Shown piece after piece: positions 34,871 to 46,323 of a stretch of 64,000 nucleotides of DNA; position 1 is the first letter of the stretch, and the number at the start of each line of letters is the position of its first letter. The notes under the pieces were generated by a model. The model did not search any database. It was given only the letters and a program-made list of their open reading frames with translations, and was not told where the DNA came from. The DNA is from Negaprion brevirostris (Eukaryota). Where the stretch lies: contig JARDVH010000106.1 of assembly GCA_030324005.1 (NCBI GenBank), forward strand, positions 52,009,185 through 52,073,184, in the 5' to 3' direction. A program made the translations under genes and the position numbers.

Positions 34871-36689
34871 CCCAAGTTGCATAGCTTTCTTATTTCAACT
34901 GTATCTATTCATTTATTTGTGTTATATGCTTAGAGAATGTCTGCTCTCTATCTCCTAGTCTCTAGTGAATAAAACATAATTTCATTAGCTTTTCTGTATA
35001 ACTTAGCCCACAGGTAAAAAGAGCAATGAAACAAGATAGTACATCTAATTTCTGTATCCTACAATATGAATCTCATAGCAAGTCCATTCTAGAATATATT
35101 ATCTCTACAGCACCAGCAGTTCAGAAACCAACACATTCACCTACAATTCAATTAATTAAAGTTATAAGTATAACAGCAATCTCATTTCATGCTCTCGTCT
35201 ATACTTTGCAGCACTGAGTTCTCCAAGGTCCAACCCTGACTTTATCATCAAACAAGGGCAATAAAATTAATGGTTTGTGAACAGGCATGACTTTGTGAAG
35301 CCTAGATGGTGATTCTCCAACTGTCTCCTAACTATAATTTTGACCCCTCTCTCACCTTGAGATGGTTCATCTCTGATTATTCCCACCCTTTGCTCAACTT
35401 CCCTGTATCCATTTCTGGGATTTAGCTGTCAACTAGTATCTAGTACAAGCTCACTGACTCCCTTTTCTACATGATTACGCATCCTCCCACCTTCCAAATA
35501 TACTGTTTCATTGGGATATTCTGCAACCCCACAGCATGTGCTGCAGCAGTACAGACAGCATGCCATTGGCCTGAGGCAGGATCTTCCAGTCCCGCTGATG
35601 TCAATTCTGTTTCCCATGGCTCACACCCCCTATTGCCAACAGGACCAGCCCGAAAATCCTGCCCATTGTCCTAGTTTTCCATCTCAATCAGATTTGTTCT
35701 GCCACCTTCCACACAAGTGCTTCCAATACATTTCTTTTTTTTATTTAACCAATAATTCTCTTCCATCATTACTGAAAGAGCCCTTGACTTGTTTTCATCC
35801 ATTTCTCTCCTAGCCCTGCCTATTGGAGAAATTGAGGCTGAGACAAACACTTAACATTTAAATCCAAAAACACATGGGTATGGGAACATGTGGTGCAAAT
35901 ACCTTATTAATACCAATGTTAAAAAGGTATTATTAAACATTTGATAGATAACTTACAAGAAGGCAACAGTACTGCTTAATAAAAACAATCCAATTCAACT
36001 CTTATATGGCTGTTTTTTCACAAATTGGCATACATATTCCAAAATAAGCCATGACTAAAATTAAGTAAATTTTATTACTTAAGCAGCATGATGAGTAAAA
36101 ATAATGTCAATGAATAAATTAAGTTATTTGGTTAAGCTCCATTGAATGATCATTTGTGAATTAAGTCGATAGTGTAGAGTTTGTTAGGGTGAGTGTTGCT
36201 CAAAATTAAAAACATGCAAAGTGCTGTTTAATCTTATCCTTTATTGTTTTGTAGTACCAGCTTTATTTTAGTTAGAAACCTTTTTGACAAACCTTTTTGA
36301 CAATACTTGAATAATTGAATGAAGTAGCGCTTGCTTTTACATGAGGTACTCATGTCAAAACTACTAGACAATCATCCGTGTGGTAACTCACACGGATTCA
36401 GTTTATCAGCAACAAATCCTTCTTTGAAAATAAAACAGTAGAATGACTAGACGTTAAACTGTGTTGGCTACTTTGTTAAAATATTAAATTTCTAAAAACT
36501 ACTTGTTTCATGATTAGTATTTCCAAATAGGTATGCACAAAGTGTGACTGTTAATATAAATGCAGTGCTCAAGAGGGATTTCAGAATGCTTTCATGAATA
36601 ATCTTAATTCTTATACAGACTTCAGATAGGAACCTTTAGCTGCTTGGTTTAATAATTGATCAACAAATGACAAAAATTAACAGGACAAA

Positions 36690-37170
36690 TTTAGGAACGA
36701 TGGAAAGGGAAATAGGTTATTCAGCCACAATTCCATCACATCGTGGCTGACCTGAAGACTAACTTCATTTACCCAGCCTGTTGCCATAGTCCTTAATGCT
36801 CTGAACAAATAAGAATCCAGCAATGTCACTTCTGAAATCTTCAACTGACCTAGCCTCAATCACTTTTTGGGGGAGTGATCGATATTTCCATTACACTTCT
36901 GTAAGAGGTGCTTTGCAATGTCATCCTAGAATCCCAGCCGTTCTAATGTTAAAGGTTATGGTCCCTTATTCTAGATTCCCCATCAGAAGAAATAGTTTCT
37001 CTATCTATCCTATCAAGTTATCTAATCATCTTAAACACCCCAATTAGATTAATCTTCAATACTTTTAAGTGTGCAAGCCTATTCTATCTAATCTTCCCTT
37101 ACAATTTAGACCAACTCCCACTATTTTTCTGATGATTCTGCATTGTACCCCCTTCAAGTGCCCAGAAATG
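36690..37170 (-). mobile_element. CR1 LINE 3' fragment (old)
   Basis: Antisense CR1 tail and C-terminal region. Confidence 0.65.
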
Positions 37171-37499
37171 AACACATTTCGAGATCAGGCTTCTCTAATC
37201 CTTGGCTTCATTATGGACTCGAAACCTCTCTTATGTGGCCCCTGCAGCCACTGTTCAAAACGCAAGTAAGACAGATCAATGAAGTTTACAATTCGGCAAA
37301 TAACGGCTCCATCAATCACTGGCTGCTCCTCTCCCGTGTTTGCTGTCAACAGGCTCACTAGGGGTGGGAAAGAAACAGGCTGTGACTGGAGGAGCAGCAA
37401 GCACCAGTGCCTGAGCATGTGGAGGGAAAGGAGAAGATTTCAGGAAGGGGAGTGTGTGTGTGTGAGGGAGAGAGAGAGAACATGTGGGTAGTGCAAGTG

Positions 37500-37970
37500 C
37501 TATAGTTGGGGAGAACCGTTACTGGCATCTAAAGGGGGTGGGGGAAGGGGGTGCAAAGGGTCACTATTGGGTCCTGTGGGGGCAGAGACATTGCTGGGTT
37601 CCGTGCGAGGTGAGAGACGCCACCAAGATCCCTGGGATAAAGCAGTACTGTTGGGGCATGTGGGGAAATAGATGCTGATAGGACACCTGGGGAAAACAGA
37701 AAGGCTGCCAGGACCCGTGAGGGATTGAGAGGCTGCCAGGACCCATAGGGGATAGGGATGCTGCCAGGGCCAATAAGTAATTGAGAGACCGCTAGGATCC
37801 AGGGGAGATTAAGAGACTGCCAGGACCATATGGGACTGCGGGGGGGGGAATAAAAACACTGTCAGGGCCTGTGGGGAAGAGAGAAAAGCTGGCAGGTCCT
37901 GTAGGGAGGAAATATTTGAAGGGCTCCATGTAGAAGTGGGGGCAAGTGACTGATCGAGGGATCCAGGAGA
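37500..37970 (+). repeat. Degenerate G-rich minisatellite with about 29-30 bp units
   Basis: Recurring 'gctgccaggaccc(a/g)tgggg..agaga' units, clearest at 37702-37910. Confidence 0.7.
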
Positions 37971-38179
37971 ATGAGTGAATCTAAGTGAATGAGCACACTA
38001 CAACTGGGAGTGAGCAGGGCACGTATGCGTTCACTGTCTCACATGTTAATGATCATCTTTATGAATTTTCTTTAAATAATCAATTTATTGTGTTGACATT
38101 GTTTTATTTTGGCTCAGCAAGCTGTTTCATTCAATCATACCTCTATTTAAAANNNNNNNNNNTTTCATGTTGTGCCAAA

Positions 38180-39316
38180 CCTTGGACTGAGTGCTTGTCT
38201 GGCGAATGAGATTGGTGGGCCTGGAAACAACTGCCTTGGCTGCTTCCACCTGCAAATATCAGTGTGAAACCACGCTGGCTGGACAACTAAAGATGAGTAG
38301 TATCAATCTGTCAGGCACCTGGAGCTGGCTCTCCAGAAGGATGGCTTGTGAGATTGGAATGGTGTTGCAGGTAAAGGATGGACTAATGAATGCACTCATT
38401 TACGTTCAGGAGAAAAGCAGGCATAATGCACTGCAGTGCACAGAAAAGAGCAGTAGGGTGACTAATATCCTGATCCCACCTTGGTTTGAGATGGATGCCC
38501 TGGTCATGGAAAGGCAGCAAGGAGAAGATCCACAGATCTCAGAGAGGTAGAGCTTTCGGAGGACAGTAAGAGTGCAGTGAACAGGTGAGAGAATGGGGGA
38601 GTGTGCAAGAAGCAGCGTTGTGGCATCTCCAAAGAGAAGTTCAAACCCTGAGCATTCATCACTTGGCCACTCTCAGTGCAATGTCCATTTTTGCAAGCAA
38701 CCATCATCCCTGCACAGACACTGAGTGATGAGATTCTGACAAATTGTGCTTCTCCCTCGGAAGCACCAGCCTCACAGCATGCATCTGATCTGACGGAGCC
38801 TCTGTAGTTGTCTCAGGTGGCAGACGCTGAATGTCCATTGGAATGCGCAGCAAGATCCCGGAGGGTCTGCATGCTGTAGTATCTGTCATTGAGGAATGCA
38901 TGTGATGTCTGAGCACTGCATTGACCCTGGGCACCAAATGAGCGTATGGCCTTCTCCATTGAGAAAATGATGACACTCATGGAAGAGGCATCTCAAGGAA
39001 CAGCATGAGGGATTCCTGAGATCTGCAAGCCCAGCAATGACTTCCACGAGGTTACTGCAAATGTGACAGATAGGTGAGGCACTTAGTCACTCTGCTAGGT
39101 GCCCATCCATCAATACTATTTTAGGTTGAAACAATTAAACTAAACTAAACAAACCCATTCATCAATGGTGAATAGGAAATCCCAGACATATCTCATGCTA
39201 GTAGATGAGCTGCTTGTCATCTCTGAGGACTCATTTCATGAAGCTCCAACCCTCTGCCGTTGAATGGAGCATCTTCTGCGGCCATAATCACAGTGTCATA
39301 GGTCACATGCTCCATG
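38180..39316 (+). mobile_element. Decayed Harbinger-like element (Myb/SANT-like remnant)
   Basis: PWFEMDALVMERQQG resembles the 5486 motif; 'agagaagttcaa' resembles a K-K-F-N helix end. Confidence 0.4.
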
Positions 39317-40512
39317 NNNNNNNNNNNNNNNNNNNNNNNNNNNNNNNNNNNNNNNNNNNNNNNNNNNNNNNNNNNNNNNNNNNNNNNNNNNNNNNNNNNN
39401 NNNNNNNNNNNNNNNNGAACTTACTCAGGCCCCACTGGCCAGAGGAAAATTGCCAAGGTAATCAGAGCCAACATGACAGCAGATTCAGCAATCTGCCTTC
39501 AATGCTGCTGCCAACAAGGACTGGGATTGGGGAAGGTAGTTTAAGACAGTGAGGTGGTGGTGGTGGTGGGGTGGGGAGTTGAAAGAGAAAGGTCAGGCTG
39601 CATCCTCAATTTGTTCCCGCTTCCATGCACATATAACAAAGACTGACTCCTAGTGGCAATGGCTACATACCTGTAAGTCATGTAACTCAATGTGTATTTT
39701 TTTCCTTATTTCACCATTGCAATGAAATTTTCTGACATCATCCATATCATGTCAGGAACTCGTCCACCAAAACAAGTGTAACTACAACAGGAATCATCCT
39801 TGCTTCCAACTGACAGGCATTCAGGTCAACAAAGCAGCCAATGGCACAATTCAGAGAAGGGTTTAATTAATTAATTAATCAGAAGCAAAGAATAAAAATA
39901 AATCCTTAAGGAGGAATGTGAGGGAGTTCACCAGGGATGAACACGGGACATTTTAGGAACATTGAGGATGAACCGACGGTCAAAGGAGGACCTGCAAAAA
40001 TGTAACTGGAACTATAAAACATCATCGCAAGTTAGTTATACAACAGCAAAAAGAGTGGAGAGATGGAAACAAAGGAGAATTTGAGGATTAGCCTGAGAAG
40101 TTAGGACATTAAATGACTTATTTCTTAGTGAAAATAATGATCACTATGCTTGCCCTCAGTAGTCATTTCTAAGTAGAACTAACATCAGCATAAATAATCT
40201 GAAAGCAAGAGTCTGACTAAAAGGGCTTAAAACATTTAATTTTCCATGAATACTAATGGTTGCTTCTTTGGAGTAGAGACAGAAAGCCAAGAGAGCAGGT
40301 ATGTGAAGCAATACTGGTCATTTTTGAGAGAGTCCATTCATCTTCACTGGAGCTGAAGGCTGATAATGTTTCTTAAATTTAGCACTCTCGATTGTGCTAC
40401 CAGCCTGGCATCCAACCTGCTGTCCCTATTTAGGCAGCAAATATGGAGATGGCCTCAGAATTTGACATCCTGTGTAAGATTGCATCAGAGGGCATACGCC
40501 TGATACAAAAGT

Positions 40513-40850
40513 GGCATGGTGGCACAGCAGTTAGCACTGCTGCCTCACAGCTCCAGGGACCTGGGTTCAATTCCTGGCTTGGATCATTGTGCAAACTCCA
40601 CGCAGCCATTCTCCCTGTGCCTGTGTGGGTTTCTTCCGGGTGCTCTGGGTTCCTCTCCTGGTCCAAGGTGTACGAATTAGGTGGAGTGGTCATGCTAAAT
40701 TGCCCCTTAGAGTCCCGGGATGTGTAGGTCAGAGAGATTAGCAGGGTAAATGTGCGGGGTTGTGGGGATAGGTCCTGGGGTGGGTTTGTTGTCAGTGCAG
40801 ATTTGATAGGCCAAATGGCGTCTTTCTGCACTGTAGGGATTCTATGAATT
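40513..40850 (+). mobile_element. HE1-type V-SINE, full length
   Basis: tRNA head, V core and CR1-like tail. Confidence 0.9.
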
Positions 40851-41923
40851 CGGTTTGGGACCCAGAGGTGGTCCCAATTCCCAATTTGAAATAATTTACG
40901 GCACAGAAGGGGGCCATTCAGTCCACCATCTTTATGCTGAACCTTCCAGTAATCATTTCAAGAGTAGCATCAGTTACTTTATAGCTTTCAAGAAGTTCCT
41001 CTTTAAATTTGACCAATTGAGTGAGGAACAACAAACTTCTATTTCAGGATCATATCACCATTTCACAGCAAACAGATTCACAATTTAAATCCTATTGGTA
41101 TTTAAATATGAATATAACTCTCCAACTCATTTTCTGTCCTGAGAATTGAAAACCAATTACCGCCCCAGCCTCTGCGTCCAACCATTTGGTCTACCTCAGA
41201 AAATATTGATGTAGAAACTGTGTCACAATACAACAATCTGTCCTCTCAGATTCAAAATCTGAAAGGAAAATTGCTTTTCAGTGGTCTTACTTTCAAAAAT
41301 CTAAGAAAAATCTATGATTTTCTGTTTCCATGGAAACTATTGGAGCAGTTGAGATTTTTTTGAGCTATCGTAATCCATAACTCTACAGGGTTTGATGGAC
41401 CTAGACTGAGATTGAAAATCAAGTTTTCAAAATACTTCATTAAAAAAATCTATCAAAATGCTAATTATTACTACGCTCATTGGTATAATGTGTTTATCTT
41501 GGTTTAGGCCAATGTTTTAAGTAGCCTCCCCCCTACATCTCCAGCTTCCTTTATTTAAAAAGTGCATAGTTATTTTGTCAAGGATGAAAACTGTGAAATA
41601 ATAATTTGGTTCACATAGGAATCAAAAGTAGGCACCTATTGTGTTTAAGAATTTGTCATATCATGTTTATAAGGAAATTAATCCACCATTTTATTAATTC
41701 TGATTTCAACCTATTCTATCATTTTGTATTGAATTTCTTGAGGGTCGTGTGTACATTTTGTTTTGATTATTTACTGCTGGATATCCTCAGTTTATTTTCC
41801 TCAGAGGACAAGCTCTTCAGCTCTGTTTCTCTCCACACGCCCTCTTTCACGGCCTTGCCTCCTCCTGTGCTGCAGTTATCATATTAATGGCAGCGATTCC
41901 CACTTCAGTACTCAAGGATAATG

Positions 41924-42926
41924 TGCTCGATGCTGCAAGGATCGGATTTCCTAAACTTTAAAGGCATTATCTGCCGATTCCATAAATCTGAGCATGTGCA
42001 ATATCCCTTAAGGAGCTAGGAGCAGAAACTCACATCATGAGAGAGGAAATGACTCTGTCATATTGCTGAGGATAGGTTTCTCCAGCGAGGCCCTTGACTT
42101 ACAGTCTGAGTGGGATCTTAAGACAGTTATGGCAGGTGAGACAGGAGATGATCTGTGTGACGTGGAGTAATGAAAGCAACCTTGCAGACAGGTGCACATA
42201 TGTTAGATGGGCAGCAGCTGCTATACCCTCCTGACAATATCAGCAGGAGGCCCCAATCATGTGCGTGATGGAGTGTCATTTGAATATTGAGGGAGAATTA
42301 TCAGAATTATTTGCATTCATAATTGACATATTTTCCAACGCGAACACATGAACTCCAGTGGGCAACCACCGCTGAACACTGCTTGCAATCTATAAAAATT
42401 GAGGTTTCAAAATCCTCCCTTCACATTCTCATCCAAATCCCTCTCGATAGGCCCGACCAAATCTGCCTCCACCACATTTCCAGTCAGTGCATCCAGATTG
42501 TAATCACCTGCTTCTGATCAAAAGGTACCTTTCGTTCCTCTGCCAATCACTTTAACTCCATGCTGTCTAGCTGTCACTATGGGAACAGTTTTTCTTCAGC
42601 CTAAGAAACCTACTCAAGGCAAATAATTCTCTTCTCTAAGGAGAACAATCCTAGCTACTTAATCCATGGAATGTGAGCCCAAATTATATTCCTTCATTCC
42701 AGAATAACATTTGAACACACACAAAAATGCTCCTGAACCAACTATAACAGTTAAGAAAGATGCAGCACCCACAATTTTAATAAAAAGATGAAAAAGTGGG
42801 TAATTGGCACATTCTTTGCCTTTTGTCATTCCTATGCATGTTCTTTAGTCATTGGAAGGGCCATAAAAATTAGGTTCTTCTCTCTCCCTGGCAGTTTAGG
42901 AAGTCCGATCCTTGCAGCATCGAGCA
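41924..42926. repeat. 34-bp inverted repeat pair in unique sequence (arms 41924-41957 and 42893-42926)
   Basis: tgctcgatgctgcaaggatcggatttcctaaact versus agtttaggaagtccgatccttgcagcatcgagca: 33/34 complementary, 935-nt spacer. Confidence 0.95.
42330..42705 (-). mobile_element. Very old CR1 3' fragment inside the inverted-repeat loop
   Basis: Antisense CR1-like words 'aaatctgcctccaccacatttccagtcagtgcatccaga' and 'ctctaaggagaacaatcctagc'. Confidence 0.55.
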
Positions 42927-43261
42927 GAGGCCTCGATTAAACCTTTACAACCAACTCCAATAGGAGACAATTAAAACCTCTCACCTCCACCCTTCTGGGA
43001 GGTGATGCAAGGTTTCCCACAATACTTTCCTGTAACCTGCCACAAAGACCATTTGCTGCCTCTCCATCTCAGAATACTAAGGGCAACTTATAAAACTCCC
43101 ACTGCTGCCCCTTCCAAGATAGGCCAATAGAAATCAAACTGTCACTTGGCTCAGTTCCATGTTGAAATCAAATTGTTGAAATCAAATCAAAAGGAAATTA
43201 AAAGAGAAAAACGCTGCTTGATGATTTTCCACTATTATTCAATGCAGGTCTGTAAAATAAA

Positions 43262-43895
43262 AAGTAAGGTTTATTAATTAGTCACAAGCAAGGCTTACAT
43301 TAACACTGCAATGAAGTTACTTTGAAATTCCCCTAGTCGCCAGAGTCTGGCATCTGTTCGGGTCAATGCACCTAACTAGCATGTCTTTCAGACTGTGGGG
43401 GGAAACCGGAGTACCCGGAGAAAACCCACACAGACATGGGGAGAATGTGCAAATTCCACACAAATAGTGACCCAAGCCAGGAATCGAATCCAGGTCCATG
43501 GCGCTATGANNNNNNNNNNNNNNNNNNNNNNNNNNNNNNNNNNNNNNNNNNNNNNNNNNNNNNNNNNNNNNNNNNNNNNNNNNNNNNNNNNNNNNNNNNN
43601 NNNNNNNNNTCATGACAGTTTTTAAAGTTTATTTATTAGTGTCACAAGTAGGCTTACATTAACACTGCAATGAAGTTACTTTGAAATTCACCTAGTCGCC
43701 AGAGTCTGGCATCTGTTCGGGTCAATGCACCTAACTAGCATGTCTTTCAGACTGTGGGGGGAAACAGGAGTACCCGGAGAAAACCCACACAGACATGGGG
43801 AGAATGTGCAAAGACCACACAAATAGTGACCCAAGCCAGGAATCGAATCCAGGTCCATGGCGCTATGAGGCAGCAGTGCTAACCATTGTGCCACC
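43262..43895 (-). mobile_element. V-SINE alternative-tail variant, present twice around an N-gap
   Basis: 43280-43509 is nearly identical to 43640-43868. Confidence 0.85.
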
Positions 43896-45034
43896 AGGTT
43901 TTCAATTGCATTTCTTCTCTCTATTCAAATACTGATGTTTCCAAATCACCTTGACATTTATATACCTGATCTATAACATGTTAGACATTGAGAGCTAATA
44001 CTTGTACACCATTTCCAAAAATCTTTAGTCAATCTTCAATTAATCTGTAATGTGAGAAATGGGCGGAGGCCGTGCAAAAGCTTATTAAATGCCTGGTGCA
44101 ACAAGCAACATCCTTCACTATGGTTCCATGAGTTTGCTGGGTATTCCACGTAGTCGAAGCCTGGAATTAATACCACAACAATTTCGCTGGCAAACAAAAA
44201 ACTAAAGGAATTGCAGAACTCAAACAGAACTGGCCTGCAGAATGGGAGCTTTTATTTGCTTTAAACTTTAAATACTTCTTTGCATCTCACCAAGTATTTC
44301 CAATTAAGTTGATTTTAGCTTGTCAAGCTGTCACAGGCACTGGATTTGAAGGACCACAAGTTCATCATGCATTAATAAATGTTCCAATCCTCTTCAAATC
44401 CCTCAATAAAACAAATCTTGAAATCCTTTCTCTCACTCATTACTGAGCTGGTGAGAGATTGCATCACACAGGATCAAATAAAAAATTCACTTTCTTCAGA
44501 AAAGCTGTTTTTTTTTAAACTTTCTTTAAACGCCATTTAAGTATAATAATCTCAGTTTCAATGATTAATATTTCAAATCAAAAAATTTTTGACTGTACTC
44601 AGGGTTTGACTGTCACATCAATCCCCAGTTCTCTCAATTTGATAATGTATGTTGTGCAATCTCTACACCAGTCCAAGTGGAAAATAAAATATCAAGGCTT
44701 TTGTAACTCCCATTCTTCTGCGATGTTACAGGTATTGCAGGTGGATAGGAGCTCTAGGTGTGGAAACAGTGGGCTATATCTATGGCAAAAAGAATTTAGA
44801 AAAATGTTTATGCAAATTCCCTCTAATAATTTCTTCTGTAAATTGCACAACGGCACAGCAAACCAAAAGTCCCTGCAAAATTGGTCCCTTTTAAGGCACA
44901 GTGTGGGTGAGGAAAAACATATGGAAGGACCATACACTTAAACAAATAACCTGTGCCCACAGTTGGAGTGGAGGGACATTTCCTGCAACAGGAAAGTGAG
45001 ATGTTGTTTGATTCATACTGGGAACATACTTTTT

Positions 45035-45280
45035 TCCACCAGGAAAAAGTCTGAGGACGTATATCAACCAACTCAAAAACAACTTCTTCCCTGTTACCAG
45101 ATGTCTGAATGGATCTACCTCGTTCTAAGTTGATCTTTCTCTACAGCCTAGTTATGACAGTAACACTACATTCTCCACTCTCCCCTTTCCTTCCCTATGT
45201 ATATTTTGTCTGTATAATGCACAAGAAACAATACTTCTCACTGTATACTAATACATGTGACAATAAAAAAAATCAAATCA
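45035..45280 (+). mobile_element. Rex/Babar LINE 3' end
   Basis: Homologous to 34650-34870; ends 'gtgacaataaaaaaaatcaaatca'. Confidence 0.75.
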
Positions 45281-45389
45281 CGTGTGGTTTTTAATTGTGC
45301 AAAATAATGCATAAACTTCTGGCATAATCGTTTGTTACTCGCATTTCTCTCATTTCACCTCACATCTCTTCCAAAAGTACTTTGAGTAA

Positions 45390-45540
45390 AGTCAAGACAA
45401 CACTTGGACACAATGGAAATCAAAGGTTTTGGGGACAGCATAGGGTAATGGAGTTGGTGTAAAAGATCAGCCTTGATCTTACTGATTGGCAAAGTTGGGT
45501 TGAGGAATGTTATGGTGTACATATGTTCCTACTTCTTTCA
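45390..45540 (+). mobile_element. CR1 3' tail fragment
   Basis: Reads 'gaaatcaaaggttttgggg...gatcagccttgatcttactga'. Confidence 0.6.
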
Positions 45541-45699
45541 TGGAATACCCCTCACATCTTCACCAGACATTAATTATCACATGTGGCTGACAACCAGGAC
45601 AAGGTTTTCATCAGGTCTCTTTTGGTAACAGGGTCTGCAATAGCCTGACAAAGGCCTCTCTGGTGGCATAATGGTAATGTCACTGGAAGCAATTCAGAG

Positions 45700-45821
45700 T
45701 GTGAAGATGCTGGCATTGGACGAGGGTAAACACAGTAAGAAGTCTCACAACACCAGGTTAGAAAGCTTGTGGCCTTTGCTACCAAATAATTGGACCTTTA
45801 CCTGGTGTTGAGATTTCTTAC
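45700..45821. mobile_element. Short hairpin insert (probably Penelope-like terminus) with a 12-bp TSD
   Basis: Flanked by agcaattcagag (45688-45699) and agcaatccagag (45822-45833); internal inverted arms at 45735-45760 and 45798-45821. Confidence 0.75.
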
Positions 45822-45934
45822 AGCAATCCAGAGGCCAGGGCTAACATTCTAGAGACAAGAGTTAAAATCCCAACACAGCAACAGGTGGAATTTCAATTCA
45901 ATTAATAAATCTGGAATATAAAGCTACTCTCAGT

Positions 45935-46323
45935 ACATAAGAACATAAGAAATAGGAGCAGGAGTAGGCCATCTAGCCCTTCAAGCCTGCCCCGCCATTC
46001 ACTAACATCATGGCTGATCTGAAGTGGATCAGTTCCACTTTCCCGCTTTCTCCCCATNNNNNNNNNNNNNNNNNNNNNNNNNNNNNNNNNNNNNNNNNNN
46101 NNNNNNNNNNNNNNNNNNNNNNNNNNNNNNNNNNNNNNNNNNNNNNNNNNNNNNNNNTGATACCAACTCTCTGCCTCCTATTAGACAGCCAATCCTCTAT
46201 CCACGCTAACACCTTACCCCCAACTCCATGCACCTTAACCTTCTGAAGCAACCTTTTGTGAGGCACCTTATCAAACGCCTTTTGAAAGTCAAGAAACATC
46301 ACATCCACCGGTTCCCCTCTGTC
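45935..46323 (-). mobile_element. Young 5'-truncated CR1 LINE (gap-spanning)
   Basis: Uninterrupted RT segment DRGEPVDVMFLDFQKAFDKVPHKRLLQKVKVHGVGGKVLAWIEDWLSNRRQRVGI; tail nearly identical to 62088-62199. Confidence 0.92.

Noticed and set aside
37700-37910. CRISPR-like repeat-spacer array
   Set aside because: Vertebrate DNA with degenerate tandem units and no unique spacers; this is a minisatellite.
41849-41957. Minus-strand peptide LGNPILAASSTLSLSTEVGIAAINMITAAQEEARP* as a terminal coding exon
   Set aside because: The acceptor is weak, there is an in-frame stop immediately upstream, and I do not recognise the protein.
43262-43895. Apparent tandem duplication of a V-SINE
   Set aside because: Near-identical copies flank a 100-N gap and share idiosyncratic substitutions, so this is most likely an assembly overlap or haplotype artefact.
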